37,319 bases of DNA from Archaeoglobaceae archaeon (GCA_021163065.1 JAGGXN010000075.1:1-37319), one strand, 5' to 3'; counted from the stretch's first letter, positions 18,979 to 27,213 are shown. Made by a program: numbers and translations. Notes: generated from the sequence alone by a model not told the origin.

Positions 18979-19965
18979 CTACCAAACACCATATATTTCT
19001 TTGCCGCATTTAAAGCATCTACCATTCTCAATTTTATTGTATATAACTCTCCATCCATCTCTTTTAATCAACAACTCTCCACAATTCGGGCAGTAAGTAT
19101 TCTCCAATTTGTTTCTAACATTTCCAATGTAAACATACTCAACTCCTTCCCTTTTCGCCAATTTGGCGGCTTTCTCCAAAATCTCAATTTTCGTTGGCGG
19201 TTTTTCAAAAATGAATGCTGGAAAGTATCTATTGAAATGTAACGGAATGTTTTTATTTGCATACTTTAAATGGTTGTCAATAACTTCTTTTATTATATCT
19301 ATGCTGTCATTTACATCTGTAACGATCAGATTTACAACTTCAACGTGCAAGTTTAGATCAATAGCTTTACTAACGACCCTCCATACAAATTTAGCCTTTC
19401 CACCACAATACTTTTCGTAAACCTCATCGTTTCCTTTAACATCGATGTTTATCGCATCCAATCCAGCTAAACTTAGCATTTCCAGTGCTTTCAAGCTCAT
19501 AAAACCGTTTGAGACCATAGTATTTAGCAATCCAAATTCTTTAGCAATTTTAAATGAATCTAAAAGGTATTCAAATAGTAGAGTTGGCTCGTTAAAGCTT
19601 GCACACAAGCTCAAATCCCTATTTTTCAAAGCTATTTCAACAAGTTCTTTTGGAAAAATTTTGTATCCTTCCTTAAACGTCTTTGATAGATGCCAATTCT
19701 GGCACCATGGGCAGTTAAGATTGCAAGAATAGCTAGAAAAAGTTAAACTATGTGATGATGGCTTAAAGTGGTAAAATGGCTTAATTTCTATTGGTCTGCT
19801 TTCAACAGCGCTAATGTTTGCGTAAGTTAAAGTGTAAAGTTTCCCATTCAAATTTATTCTTGCATTGCAAAATCCACGTTCATTTTCCTCAATCCTACAT
19901 TTGTGCCAGCAAAGCTTGCATACAACCTTGCCGTTCAGCTTTGAATAGAGTTTTGCTTCAAACAT
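18979..19965 (-). CDS. Radical SAM enzyme, AmmeMemoRadiSam / PflA-activase-like
   Basis: CNLNCPWCQNW (Cx3Cx2C), an N-terminal CKLCWHKC...C cluster and a C-terminal CPNCG...CFKCG ribbon. The ATG at 19965 shares its A with the upstream TAA (TAATG overlap). The track's 12-codon N-terminal extension is rejected. Confidence 0.7.
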   Translation of the reverse strand: MFEAKLYSKLNGKVVCKLCWHKCRIEENERGFCNARINLNGKLYTLTYANISAVESRPIEIKPFYHFKPSSHSLTFSSYSCNLNCPWCQNWHLSKTFKEGYKIFPKELVEIALKNRDLSLCASFNEPTLLFEYLLDSFKIAKEFGLLNTMVSNGFMSLKALEMLSLAGLDAINIDVKGNDEVYEKYCGGKAKFVWRVVSKAIDLNLHVEVVNLIVTDVNDSIDIIKEVIDNHLKYANKNIPLHFNRYFPAFIFEKPPTKIEILEKAAKLAKREGVEYVYIGNVRNKLENTYCPNCGELLIKRDGWRVIYNKIENGRCFKCGKEIYGVW

Positions 19966-20906
19966 TACATGATCACGCCTAATTTTATTAAGTCGTTGCA
20001 ATTCAAAATTCTTACACCTTTATTTTTCAGATTTTTCACAATCTCCTTAGCTTTCCTTATTTCTTTAATCATTCTTTCCCTTTCATTTGGTAAAATTCCT
20101 TCAACACCCTTAAAAATGATTCTATTAAACCAATCTGCCCCATCTAAGACCAAATAATTTGAAATGTGATCGCATGTAAAGTATGTTTTAACTTCTATGC
20201 TTTTGACAAGCCTTTCAAGTTCTTCAAGCTGCTGAATCGGAGTTAATGGTGTTAAAACTCCCTCTTCAACCATATCAACAATTTCATTGTTATAACCAAT
20301 CGTCAAAGTTCTTACCCTTACAAAGTCTGGAGCAACTTCATTAATAACTTTTGAAGTATTAATCACATGTTGCTTTGACCTTTCTATACCACCAAGTCCG
20401 ACTATAACGTAAAAAGACAGCTCAAAGAACTTCTTAGTCTTTAACCCAGCTTTTATCATGTCCTCGCTCGTAGCACCCTTTTTCATTAGCTTTAAGATTT
20501 CGTCATCTCCACTCTCGAGACCTATGTGCAATCTCGTTAATCCAGATTCTTTCAACCTTTTAAGTCTCTCTTCTTTCATCTTTGCTATTGTTTTTGCTCT
20601 TGCATAAGCAGTAACTCTTGAAACGTGTGGATAATTTTGCTTTAAAAATCTTATAATTTCGTCTAAATGTTTATGAACTAAGGGATCAGCATCACCTATG
20701 AATGCTGAAGTTGTGTAACCAAAGATTTCTCTCATTCGAAGAATATCTTTCTTTATTTCATTAACATTCCTAATTTCAAATTTTGTACCTCCATATCTCC
20801 AGCAAAATACACACTTCTTCCAAGCACATCCTCTTGTAACTCTCAATAGATAGCTTCCAGCCTCGCTTGGAGGTCTAATTTCCGGAAAGTCGTATTGCAT
20901 AAACAA
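19965..20906 (-). CDS. Radical SAM domain protein with a non-canonical Cx4Cx2C cluster motif
   Basis: IRPPSEAGSYLLRVTRGCAWKKCVFC, followed by GDADPL and HIGLESGDDEIL (Elp3/MiaB/NifB-type TIM barrel core). 313 aa. Confidence 0.7.
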   Translation of the reverse strand: MFMQYDFPEIRPPSEAGSYLLRVTRGCAWKKCVFCWRYGGTKFEIRNVNEIKKDILRMREIFGYTTSAFIGDADPLVHKHLDEIIRFLKQNYPHVSRVTAYARAKTIAKMKEERLKRLKESGLTRLHIGLESGDDEILKLMKKGATSEDMIKAGLKTKKFFELSFYVIVGLGGIERSKQHVINTSKVINEVAPDFVRVRTLTIGYNNEIVDMVEEGVLTPLTPIQQLEELERLVKSIEVKTYFTCDHISNYLVLDGADWFNRIIFKGVEGILPNERERMIKEIRKAKEIVKNLKNKGVRILNCNDLIKLGVIM

Positions 20907-20932
20907 AGTTCTTGCTTAGTGTAAAAATCATT

Positions 20933-20956
20933 TAGGATTGCATATATGCAATCCTA
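20933..20956 (-). promoter_or_regulatory. Perfect 24-nt palindrome TAGGATTGCATA|TATGCAATCCTA; candidate hairpin terminator, attenuator or operator
   Basis: Read directly from the sequence. It overlaps the TAG stop of the TPR membrane protein gene. On the coding strand it is followed by AAATGATTTTTAC, 47 nt before the radical SAM start. Confidence 0.4.
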
Positions 20957-21922
20957 TTTCTGATGTTCTTTGTATTTCTTCAATGCTTCTTCTGCCTCTT
21001 TTTTCAATCCAAGCTTTTCATAAGCTTCGCTAACGTGTTTCCACCATGCAGGATCATCCTTAGCTTGAGTTAGACAATATTCCAAATATCTCTTATAAGC
21101 TTCCTTAGCTCTCTCTTTTTCATTCAATTCTTCGTACATCTTTGCAACATCCTCCCAGAACACACCTTCTTCCTCTGCCTCCTTTAAATAATATTCTAAC
21201 GCCTTTTGCAAAGCTTCCTTAAACTTCCTTTCATCTATACCTTTCCATAAATTTGCAACATCCTCCCAGAACCAAGGCTCTTCTTCAGCATACTTTTCAA
21301 GGCATTCTGCAGCCTTCTTTATATCTCCAACTTTCTTCCAAAGCTCGTAAGCTTCTTTCCAGTAATAGTTATCTTTCTTTTGTTTTGCAAGCTCTTCGTA
21401 AATCTTTGCAGCTTCAACAAAATTTTTAGCTTTTTCATAGCACCACGCAGCAGATTCAAGCATTTTAGCCTTAATATAACACTCTGCCGCCTTATTGTAA
21501 TTTTTCTGCTTCTCATATTTCCTTGCAGCAGCTCTATAATCTCTCGCTTTTTCTAAGCTCTCTGCGCTTCTTATCCTTTCAACTATACTCAAATCTGGCT
21601 CAGAAATCCACCAAAATCCAAAAGCAATAGACAAAACGAATATTATTAAAATATAGGCTACATGAGCTGGACTTTCCCAAACGTAGCACTGATAGGTAGC
21701 GTAACATGAAACAAGTAATGCTACCAAAGATAATAAAGAATATTTTGATTTAGCATACAGCAACAATGCAAAGAGTATACCAAAAATTAATGACAAGACT
21801 AAGAATCCCAAGCCTAAGATTAGCCTCACGAGAAAAAGTATTCCAAAGTAATGGGCTATTGCTGCAAAAATTGCTAATAAGATAGCTATTGATGCTATTA
21901 AATATGCGTACAATTTATCCAT
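20954..21922 (-). CDS. Membrane protein: N-terminal TM helices and a cytoplasmic TPR-like helical repeat domain
   Basis: About 115 hydrophobic N-terminal residues (roughly 4 TM segments). These are followed by repeated A/K/E/W/Y-rich helical hairpins (AAECYIKAKMLESAAWCYEKAK..., FWEDVAN..., FWEDVAK...). Confidence 0.6.
   Translation of the reverse strand: MDKLYAYLIASIAILLAIFAAIAHYFGILFLVRLILGLGFLVLSLIFGILFALLLYAKSKYSLLSLVALLVSCYATYQCYVWESPAHVAYILIIFVLSIAFGFWWISEPDLSIVERIRSAESLEKARDYRAAARKYEKQKNYNKAAECYIKAKMLESAAWCYEKAKNFVEAAKIYEELAKQKKDNYYWKEAYELWKKVGDIKKAAECLEKYAEEEPWFWEDVANLWKGIDERKFKEALQKALEYYLKEAEEEGVFWEDVAKMYEELNEKERAKEAYKRYLEYCLTQAKDDPAWWKHVSEAYEKLGLKKEAEEALKKYKEHQK
21141..21272 (-). 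repeat. Exact 21-nt direct repeat (tttgcaacatcctcccagaac at 21141-21161 and 21252-21272), period 111 nt
   Basis: Read directly from the sequence. It corresponds to a 37-residue protein repeat (FWEDVA...) in the TPR-like domain. Confidence 0.85.
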
Positions 21923-21926
21923 GGAT

Positions 21927-22328
21927 TTAGATATACTCCATTCTTTTAAGTTTTTCTATTATTTCTACAAGCTTTTCTATTAGCTCAACAACCTCTTTCA
22001 TGTTTTTCAAGTCTTCAACGCTTTCAAGTCTTAAAGCTAAATTTATCAATGCATTTCTTAAAATGTCCTCAATATTTTGTTTTTGCTCAAAATCTCTTCG
22101 ATTGGGTAAAGCTTTACTAAAGATTTTACTTTCATCTTTGCATTCTTCCCTATTACTTTTCTTGTTGTTAACATCTTTCTCAAAGACAACATCTCTCTTG
22201 CATGACGGACAAAAAATTCTATCTTTGTATTTAAACAGGGGGACTTTGCATTCTGGGCAATAATAAGAGAGCATCTTCGCACCTTTATACAGCAACTCAA
22301 CAGCTTCCGAAATTTTTTTATCTTCCAC
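21927..22328 (-). CDS. Zinc-ribbon protein, UPF0148 / Sjogren-scleroderma autoantigen-1 (p27)-like
   Basis: YYCPECKVPLFKYKDRIFCPSCKR ribbon followed by a helical acidic/basic tail. GTG start. The stop is 4 nt from the next gene's start. Confidence 0.55.
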   Translation of the reverse strand: MEDKKISEAVELLYKGAKMLSYYCPECKVPLFKYKDRIFCPSCKRDVVFEKDVNNKKSNREECKDESKIFSKALPNRRDFEQKQNIEDILRNALINLALRLESVEDLKNMKEVVELIEKLVEIIEKLKRMEYI

Positions 22329-22364
22329 GTTTTCAATTCATTAATGTTGTATTAAAATTTTTAG

Positions 22365-22634
22365 GTGATGCGCATGGCAGGAAAAGTGCCAGATAGTGTG
22401 TTGGAGGCATTAGATAGAATAATCCAAGACGATACGGTGCCCAGGAATGTTAGAAGAGCAGCAAGTGAAATTAAAGAAAATTTACTCCATGGCGAGGATA
22501 GCTTAGCCATGAGAGCTGCAACCGCAATTTCCACCCTAGAAGAAATTGCTTCAGATCCAAATTTGCCAATGCACGTAAGAACACTGATATGGAATGTTTC
22601 AAGTCAACTTGAAAGGATATCAGTAGAGGATTAG
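22365..22634 (+). CDS. Small archaeal conserved protein, UPF0147-like
   Basis: LDRIIQDDTVPRNVRRAASEIKENL is typical of the family as I recall it. Possible starts are GTG 22365, ATG 22368 or ATG 22374 (the last follows AGGTGA). Confidence 0.55.
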   Translation: MMRMAGKVPDSVLEALDRIIQDDTVPRNVRRAASEIKENLLHGEDSLAMRAATAISTLEEIASDPNLPMHVRTLIWNVSSQLERISVED

Positions 22635-23180
22635 TTGATAAAAAAAGAGTTGTTGAGGAAATTAATTCATTTCCTTGGTTTAGGTTACATTCCTCTTTAT
22701 TTAAAATTTGGAAAAGAGGTTACACTTTTTGTTGTGGTGATATCAACATTATTGGCCATTATTATAGAATTATTAAGGCACAGGGTTGGAATAATTCCAA
22801 GAATTTTGCTTAGAGATTATGAAATTAGAGGCTTTGGAGCCTATGTGTATTTTGGTATATCCGCAACAATTGTAACCGCACTTTTACCAATGGAAAGTTG
22901 TATCGTTGCAATCGTAGTTGCTTCTTTGGGTGATGGTATATCGGGCATTGTAAAGCAGATAAATAAAGCTTATTCGTCAATTTCAATGTTTATTTTCTCA
23001 TTTTCCTTTTTAATTTTTTTGAGCTTTTACATTAACCTAAGGCTATTTCCAGCATTCTTTGCCTGCATCTTAGCTACATTGACTGAGAGAATCCAAAAAG
23101 TAGGGAAGTGCTATATAAACGATAACCTAAGTGTTCCAATTGTTTCAGCCTTAACACATTATTTAGCAAGCTTAATTTAA
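22635..23180 (+). CDS. Polyprenol/dolichol kinase-like (CTP-transferase superfamily) integral membrane protein
   Basis: N-terminal LLRKLIHFLG (RKxxH motif) and about 6 hydrophobic segments. The TTG start immediately follows the upstream TAG and is preceded by GAGGA. There is no ATG until far inside the ORF. Confidence 0.5.
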   Translation: MIKKELLRKLIHFLGLGYIPLYLKFGKEVTLFVVVISTLLAIIIELLRHRVGIIPRILLRDYEIRGFGAYVYFGISATIVTALLPMESCIVAIVVASLGDGISGIVKQINKAYSSISMFIFSFSFLIFLSFYINLRLFPAFFACILATLTERIQKVGKCYINDNLSVPIVSALTHYLASLI

Positions 23181-23416
23181 ATCTTAATTTTGAGTAGCGG
23201 GAACTGTTGAGGTGTAAAAATTGATTGCTTTTACGTAGTACTAACTCACAGGAACAAACAACAATCTTGAAAAAGCGGAAAAGTTATTAATAAGATAAAC
23301 TATAAAATATTTAGATTTAATCCAACAGCTTCTCTTTTTGTTTATTTGTAACCTCTCAAAATTCCTTGCCATCTATAAGAACGCTTAAAAATTAAAATAA
23401 CAATTGTCAGTTAAAC

Positions 23417-23424
23417 TTTAAATA
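23417..23424 (+). promoter_or_regulatory. Candidate TATA box (TTTAAATA) for the CorQ-like regulator gene
   Basis: Consensus-like archaeal TATA preceded by A-rich BRE-like sequence. Its centre is about 25-26 nt upstream of the ATG at 23445. Confidence 0.4.
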
Positions 23425-23482
23425 CTTTCTTACCTAATCAAAGCATGGCCTATCAATTTCTCAAATTGCAGGTCTTACGGGA

Positions 23483-24109
23483 TTGAACAGGATGACTGTT
23501 TCAAGACACTTGGAAATTCTAAAAGCGAAGGGATTTGTGGATTACAGGCCCATAGGTCCCGCAAAACTTTGGTATCTGTCTGAAAATTATTTAGAAGCAA
23601 AGTATATAATTCACAAAACTGAGAAACCTTACATACTGAGTATGCTAAAAAGTGAAAAATCTGAACCGATAAGAAAGAAACTGGGCGATTTTATTTCTTT
23701 ACACCTTTTCAGACTTGAAAGAATGGCGTTAATTCTAATGAGTGGTGCTGATAGTATAATGTTCAGAATTGGTCAGGAAATAGCCAGAGAAGTGTCCCCT
23801 GAGATTGTAGAAAGTGGTAGCAATGAGGACGTATTTGATGGATTGGCTAAGATTTTTGAGAAACTTAAAATTGGCATTCTTGAGCTTGAAGGATGTAAAG
23901 AGGATGAAATCAAAATAAGGATATACGAATGTGTGAGTTGCTCAGGCATGCCAAACATCGGCAAGACTGTATGTTATTTTGAAGGTGGATTGATGGCAGG
24001 AACTTATGAAATTATTACAAAAAGACCAGCATTTGCAATAGAAACGAAGTGCTGGGGGACTGGCTATGAATACTGTGAGTTTGATATTCAATTAGATAAA
24101 AAATTGTAG
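23483..24109 (+). CDS. HTH + V4R (4-vinyl reductase) domain regulator, CorQ-like; 5' end anomalous
   Basis: NRMTVSRHLEILKAKGFVDYRPIGPAKLWYL is a wHTH recognition helix and wing. The C-terminus CVSCSGMPNIGKTVCYFEGGLMAGTYE...KCWGTGYEYCEF is V4R-like. The frame stays open upstream to 23438 (SKHGLSISQIAGLTG) with no ATG, GTG or TTG. Confidence 0.7.
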   Translation: MNRMTVSRHLEILKAKGFVDYRPIGPAKLWYLSENYLEAKYIIHKTEKPYILSMLKSEKSEPIRKKLGDFISLHLFRLERMALILMSGADSIMFRIGQEIAREVSPEIVESGSNEDVFDGLAKIFEKLKIGILELEGCKEDEIKIRIYECVSCSGMPNIGKTVCYFEGGLMAGTYEIITKRPAFAIETKCWGTGYEYCEFDIQLDKKL

Positions 24110-24244
24110 ATTATTAATTAAATTAGAAAAATAATTTAGAAAATCTTATTAATTCACAAATTATTCTATTTTGTTCTTATGATAATCAAAAGTGAACAGC
24201 AAAACTTAAATTCATGAATGATAATGTTAAACTGGGTGCTTAAG

Positions 24245-24817
24245 ATGTACCAGTTTGTTCTATATCCAGACATTGATTCATGCCTTGGATGCAAAACGTG
24301 CGAGATTGCTTGTGCTATTGAACATTCAAAGGGAAAAGATCTGGTTTCCGCTGTTTTACAAAGAGTAAAACCACATATAGATGTCGTTTACGTAGGAATT
24401 CCAGTTCCAATGAATTGCAGGCATTGTGAAAATGCTCCATGCTTGGAAGTTTGTCCAACTGGAGCTATTGATAGGGCAAGCAAGGATGGCCCAGTAATTA
24501 TTGACACATCAAAATGTATAGGATGTAGAAGTTGTGTTGTAGTTTGTCCCTATGGAGCTATAAGATTTGAAAAAGTGGCTTACAAGTGTGATCAATGCAA
24601 CGAGAGACTTGCAAATGGGTTGACACCAGCTTGTGTTGAAGCTTGTCCAGTTAATGCTTTGAAGTTTGAGAGGGTTGAGGAGATAGCCAAAAGAGAGAAA
24701 GTTGAGGCAGCAAGAAGATTTGTTTATGCTAGAGAGGTGGAGAAAGAAGTTAAGGAGATCAAGGAGACAAAGAGAACAACAGCCGCTTTTAGAGATTTGA
24801 TTTGGATTGTGAGGTGA
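24245..24817 (+). CDS. cooF: CooF-type iron-sulfur electron-transfer protein (4x[4Fe-4S])
   Basis: CLGCKTCEIAC, CRHCENAPCLEVCP, CIGCRSCVVVCP and CDQC...CVEACP motifs. The ATG at 24245 is preceded by GGGTG. The stop is 4 nt before cooS. Confidence 0.85.
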   Translation: MYQFVLYPDIDSCLGCKTCEIACAIEHSKGKDLVSAVLQRVKPHIDVVYVGIPVPMNCRHCENAPCLEVCPTGAIDRASKDGPVIIDTSKCIGCRSCVVVCPYGAIRFEKVAYKCDQCNERLANGLTPACVEACPVNALKFERVEEIAKREKVEAARRFVYAREVEKEVKEIKETKRTTAAFRDLIWIVR

Positions 24818-24821
24818 TTTT

Positions 24822-26714
24822 ATGGAAAATAAAAGTTTTGATCCTGCAGCTTTGGAGATGCTCGAGATAGTAAAGAAGGAGGGTTATGAGACCGCTTGGG
24901 AAAGACTGGAAAAACAACAGCCCCAATGTGGTTTTGGATTGCTTGGTGTTTGTTGCAGGAATTGCATGATGGGGCCTTGTAGAATAAATCCATTCGGTGA
25001 TGACCCGCAAAGGGGTGTTTGTGGTGCGACTGCTGATGTGATCGTTGCGAGAAACGTTGACAGGATGATTGCTGGTGGAGCTTCAGCACACTCCGATCAC
25101 GGAAGAAGACCTGCAATACTTTTGAAGGAGGTTGCTGAAGGGAAAAATAGAGATTATCAGATAAAGGATGTCGATAAACTTAAGGCAGTGGCTCAAAAAC
25201 TTGGAATTGACGTGAATGCGGAGATTAATGAGATAGCATTGAAAGTTGCTGAGATTGCTTTAAACGATTTTGGTAAGCAGGATGAGGAGCCAATAAAGTT
25301 CTTGATGGCTTATGCCCCTAAAAAAAGAATTGAATTGTGGAAAAAGGTTGAAGAAGCGTTATCAACCAACGCAAAAATAAAGATACTGCCAAGGAATATA
25401 GATAGGGAAATTGTGGACATAATGCACAGAACACACATTGGTGTTGATAACGAGGCTTTGTCATTGTTGGCTCAAGGCATTAGAGCTGCCTTGGCAGATG
25501 GATGGGGAGGTTCATTGATTGCAACGGAATTTCAGGACATACTCTTCGGGACACCGATGGTTAAGGAAGTTGAGGCTAATCTTGGCGTCATTGACCCAGA
25601 CTATGTGAACATAATTGTGCATGGACACGAGCCAGTTTTGTCTGAGAAGATTGTTGAGGTAGCTGAGAGTGAGGAGATGCAAAATAAGGCAAGACAGGCT
25701 GGTGCCAAGGGAATAAACCTCATAGGTATGTGTTGCACGGGCAACGAAATTTTAATGAGGCAAGGAGTGCCGATAGCAGGAAACGTTCTTCATTCAGAAC
25801 TTTCTATCGTTACAGGAGCAATAGATGCGATGGTTGTTGATGTGCAATGCATCTTCCCGGCTTTGCCAGAGTTGGCTGACTGCTTCCATACTGTCTTTAT
25901 CTCAACCAGTGAACAGGCTAAGTTTGAGAAGGGCATACACATTCAGTTTGAAGAAGATAAAGCTATTGAGACCGCAAAGAAGATAATCGAGAAAGCTATC
26001 GAAGCTTACAGCAGGAGAGACAAATCTAAGATTTACGTTCCTAAGCAAAAGAGCAAGGCTATTGTTGGTTTCAGTGTTGAACAGATACTAAAGGCTTTGG
26101 GTGGAAGTGTTAAGCCGATTGTGGATGTGATAGTTGAAGGTAAAATTAAGGGGGTTGCTGGAATCGTTGGTTGCAACAATCCAAAAGTTAAGCAAGATTA
26201 CTTCCACGTAACTTTAACCAAGGAGTTGATTTCAAGGGATATTCTCGTTATAGGCACAGGATGCTGGGCAATAGCTGCTGCAAAAGCTGGATTGATGACA
26301 ATGGATGCCGTAAAAATGGCAGGAGATGGATTAAAGAGTGTGTGTCAGGCTTTAAACATCCCTCCCGTCTTACACATGGGTTCGTGTGTTGATTGCTCGA
26401 GGATGCTCGTTTTGGCTGGGGCTATTGCAGATTACCTAAATGCAGACATCTCTGATCTGCCATTGGTTGGGTCTGCTCCGGAATGGTATACGGAGAAGGC
26501 GGTTTCTATAGGAACGTACTTCATAGCTTCAGGCATTCCAGTACATTTATGGCCTTTGCCACCTGTATTGGGGAGTGAGAAAGTCACTAAGATTTTAACT
26601 GAAGACGTGAAAGAGTTGCTTGGTGGCTATTTCTTTATAGAGGGTGATCCAATAAAAACGGTTGAAAAAATGGAAGAAATAATAATGGAAAAGAGGAAAA
26701 AACTTGGAATATAA
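24822..26714 (+). CDS. cooS: Anaerobic Ni,Fe carbon monoxide dehydrogenase catalytic subunit
   Basis: 630 aa with CGFGLLGVCCRNCMMGPC (D and B clusters) and HGHEP, GMCCTGNE, GCNNP, GTGCW and GSCVDCSR (C-cluster ligands). Confidence 0.95.
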   Translation: MENKSFDPAALEMLEIVKKEGYETAWERLEKQQPQCGFGLLGVCCRNCMMGPCRINPFGDDPQRGVCGATADVIVARNVDRMIAGGASAHSDHGRRPAILLKEVAEGKNRDYQIKDVDKLKAVAQKLGIDVNAEINEIALKVAEIALNDFGKQDEEPIKFLMAYAPKKRIELWKKVEEALSTNAKIKILPRNIDREIVDIMHRTHIGVDNEALSLLAQGIRAALADGWGGSLIATEFQDILFGTPMVKEVEANLGVIDPDYVNIIVHGHEPVLSEKIVEVAESEEMQNKARQAGAKGINLIGMCCTGNEILMRQGVPIAGNVLHSELSIVTGAIDAMVVDVQCIFPALPELADCFHTVFISTSEQAKFEKGIHIQFEEDKAIETAKKIIEKAIEAYSRRDKSKIYVPKQKSKAIVGFSVEQILKALGGSVKPIVDVIVEGKIKGVAGIVGCNNPKVKQDYFHVTLTKELISRDILVIGTGCWAIAAAKAGLMTMDAVKMAGDGLKSVCQALNIPPVLHMGSCVDCSRMLVLAGAIADYLNADISDLPLVGSAPEWYTEKAVSIGTYFIASGIPVHLWPLPPVLGSEKVTKILTEDVKELLGGYFFIEGDPIKTVEKMEEIIMEKRKKLGI

Positions 26715-26760
26715 ATTTATTTTTCATTTTTTGTATCAGATTGAATTAAAAGGTGATTGA

Positions 26761-27213
26761 ATGAAATTCCTAATAAACTCATTGCTTGAAATTCAAAGTA
26801 AACATGGCTATCTGCCAAAAAATGAAATGGAAAGGATTTCCATGGAGTTCAATGTTCCGATAAGCAGGATTTATAGCATAGCAACCTTTTATAATGCCTT
26901 CTCATTAAAACCCGTTGGAAGGCATGTTATTCATGTGTGTAAAGGAACTGCCTGCGTTATGGGAGGTTCAGAAGTTTTTGAAGACACTTTGAAACAAATG
27001 GGGGTCTTAGATGATGAAGATTTCACATACCAGCCAATAAGGTGCTTTGGTGCTTGTAGTTTGGCCCCAGTTGTTGTTATTGACGGCAAAGTGTATGGAA
27101 AGATGACTGTGAGCCGTTTAAAGAAGATTGTGTCTAAGCTGTTTGAGGATGAGAGCAAAGATAGTGATAACGATAAGACATCAAAGGGGGATGAAGATGC
27201 TCGAGAAGCTTAA
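26761..27213 (+). CDS. NuoE/HoxE/HydC-like thioredoxin-fold [2Fe-2S] protein
   Basis: CKGTAC...35 residues...[11 protein letters not shown] (Cx4C...Cx3C), with an acidic C-terminal tail. AGGTGA lies upstream of the ATG. Confidence 0.85.
   Translation: MKFLINSLLEIQSKHGYLPKNEMERISMEFNVPISRIYSIATFYNAFSLKPVGRHVIHVCKGTACVMGGSEVFEDTLKQMGVLDDEDFTYQPIRCFGACSLAPVVVIDGKVYGKMTVSRLKKIVSKLFEDESKDSDNDKTSKGDEDAREA

Noticed and set aside
23241-23372. A 43-codon minus-strand ORF (MARNFERLQINKKRSCWIKSKYF...) in the 300-bp spacer upstream of the regulator gene.
   Set aside because: Its composition is indistinguishable from AT-rich non-coding DNA. It has no SD or TATA at a sensible distance and no recognisable motif.
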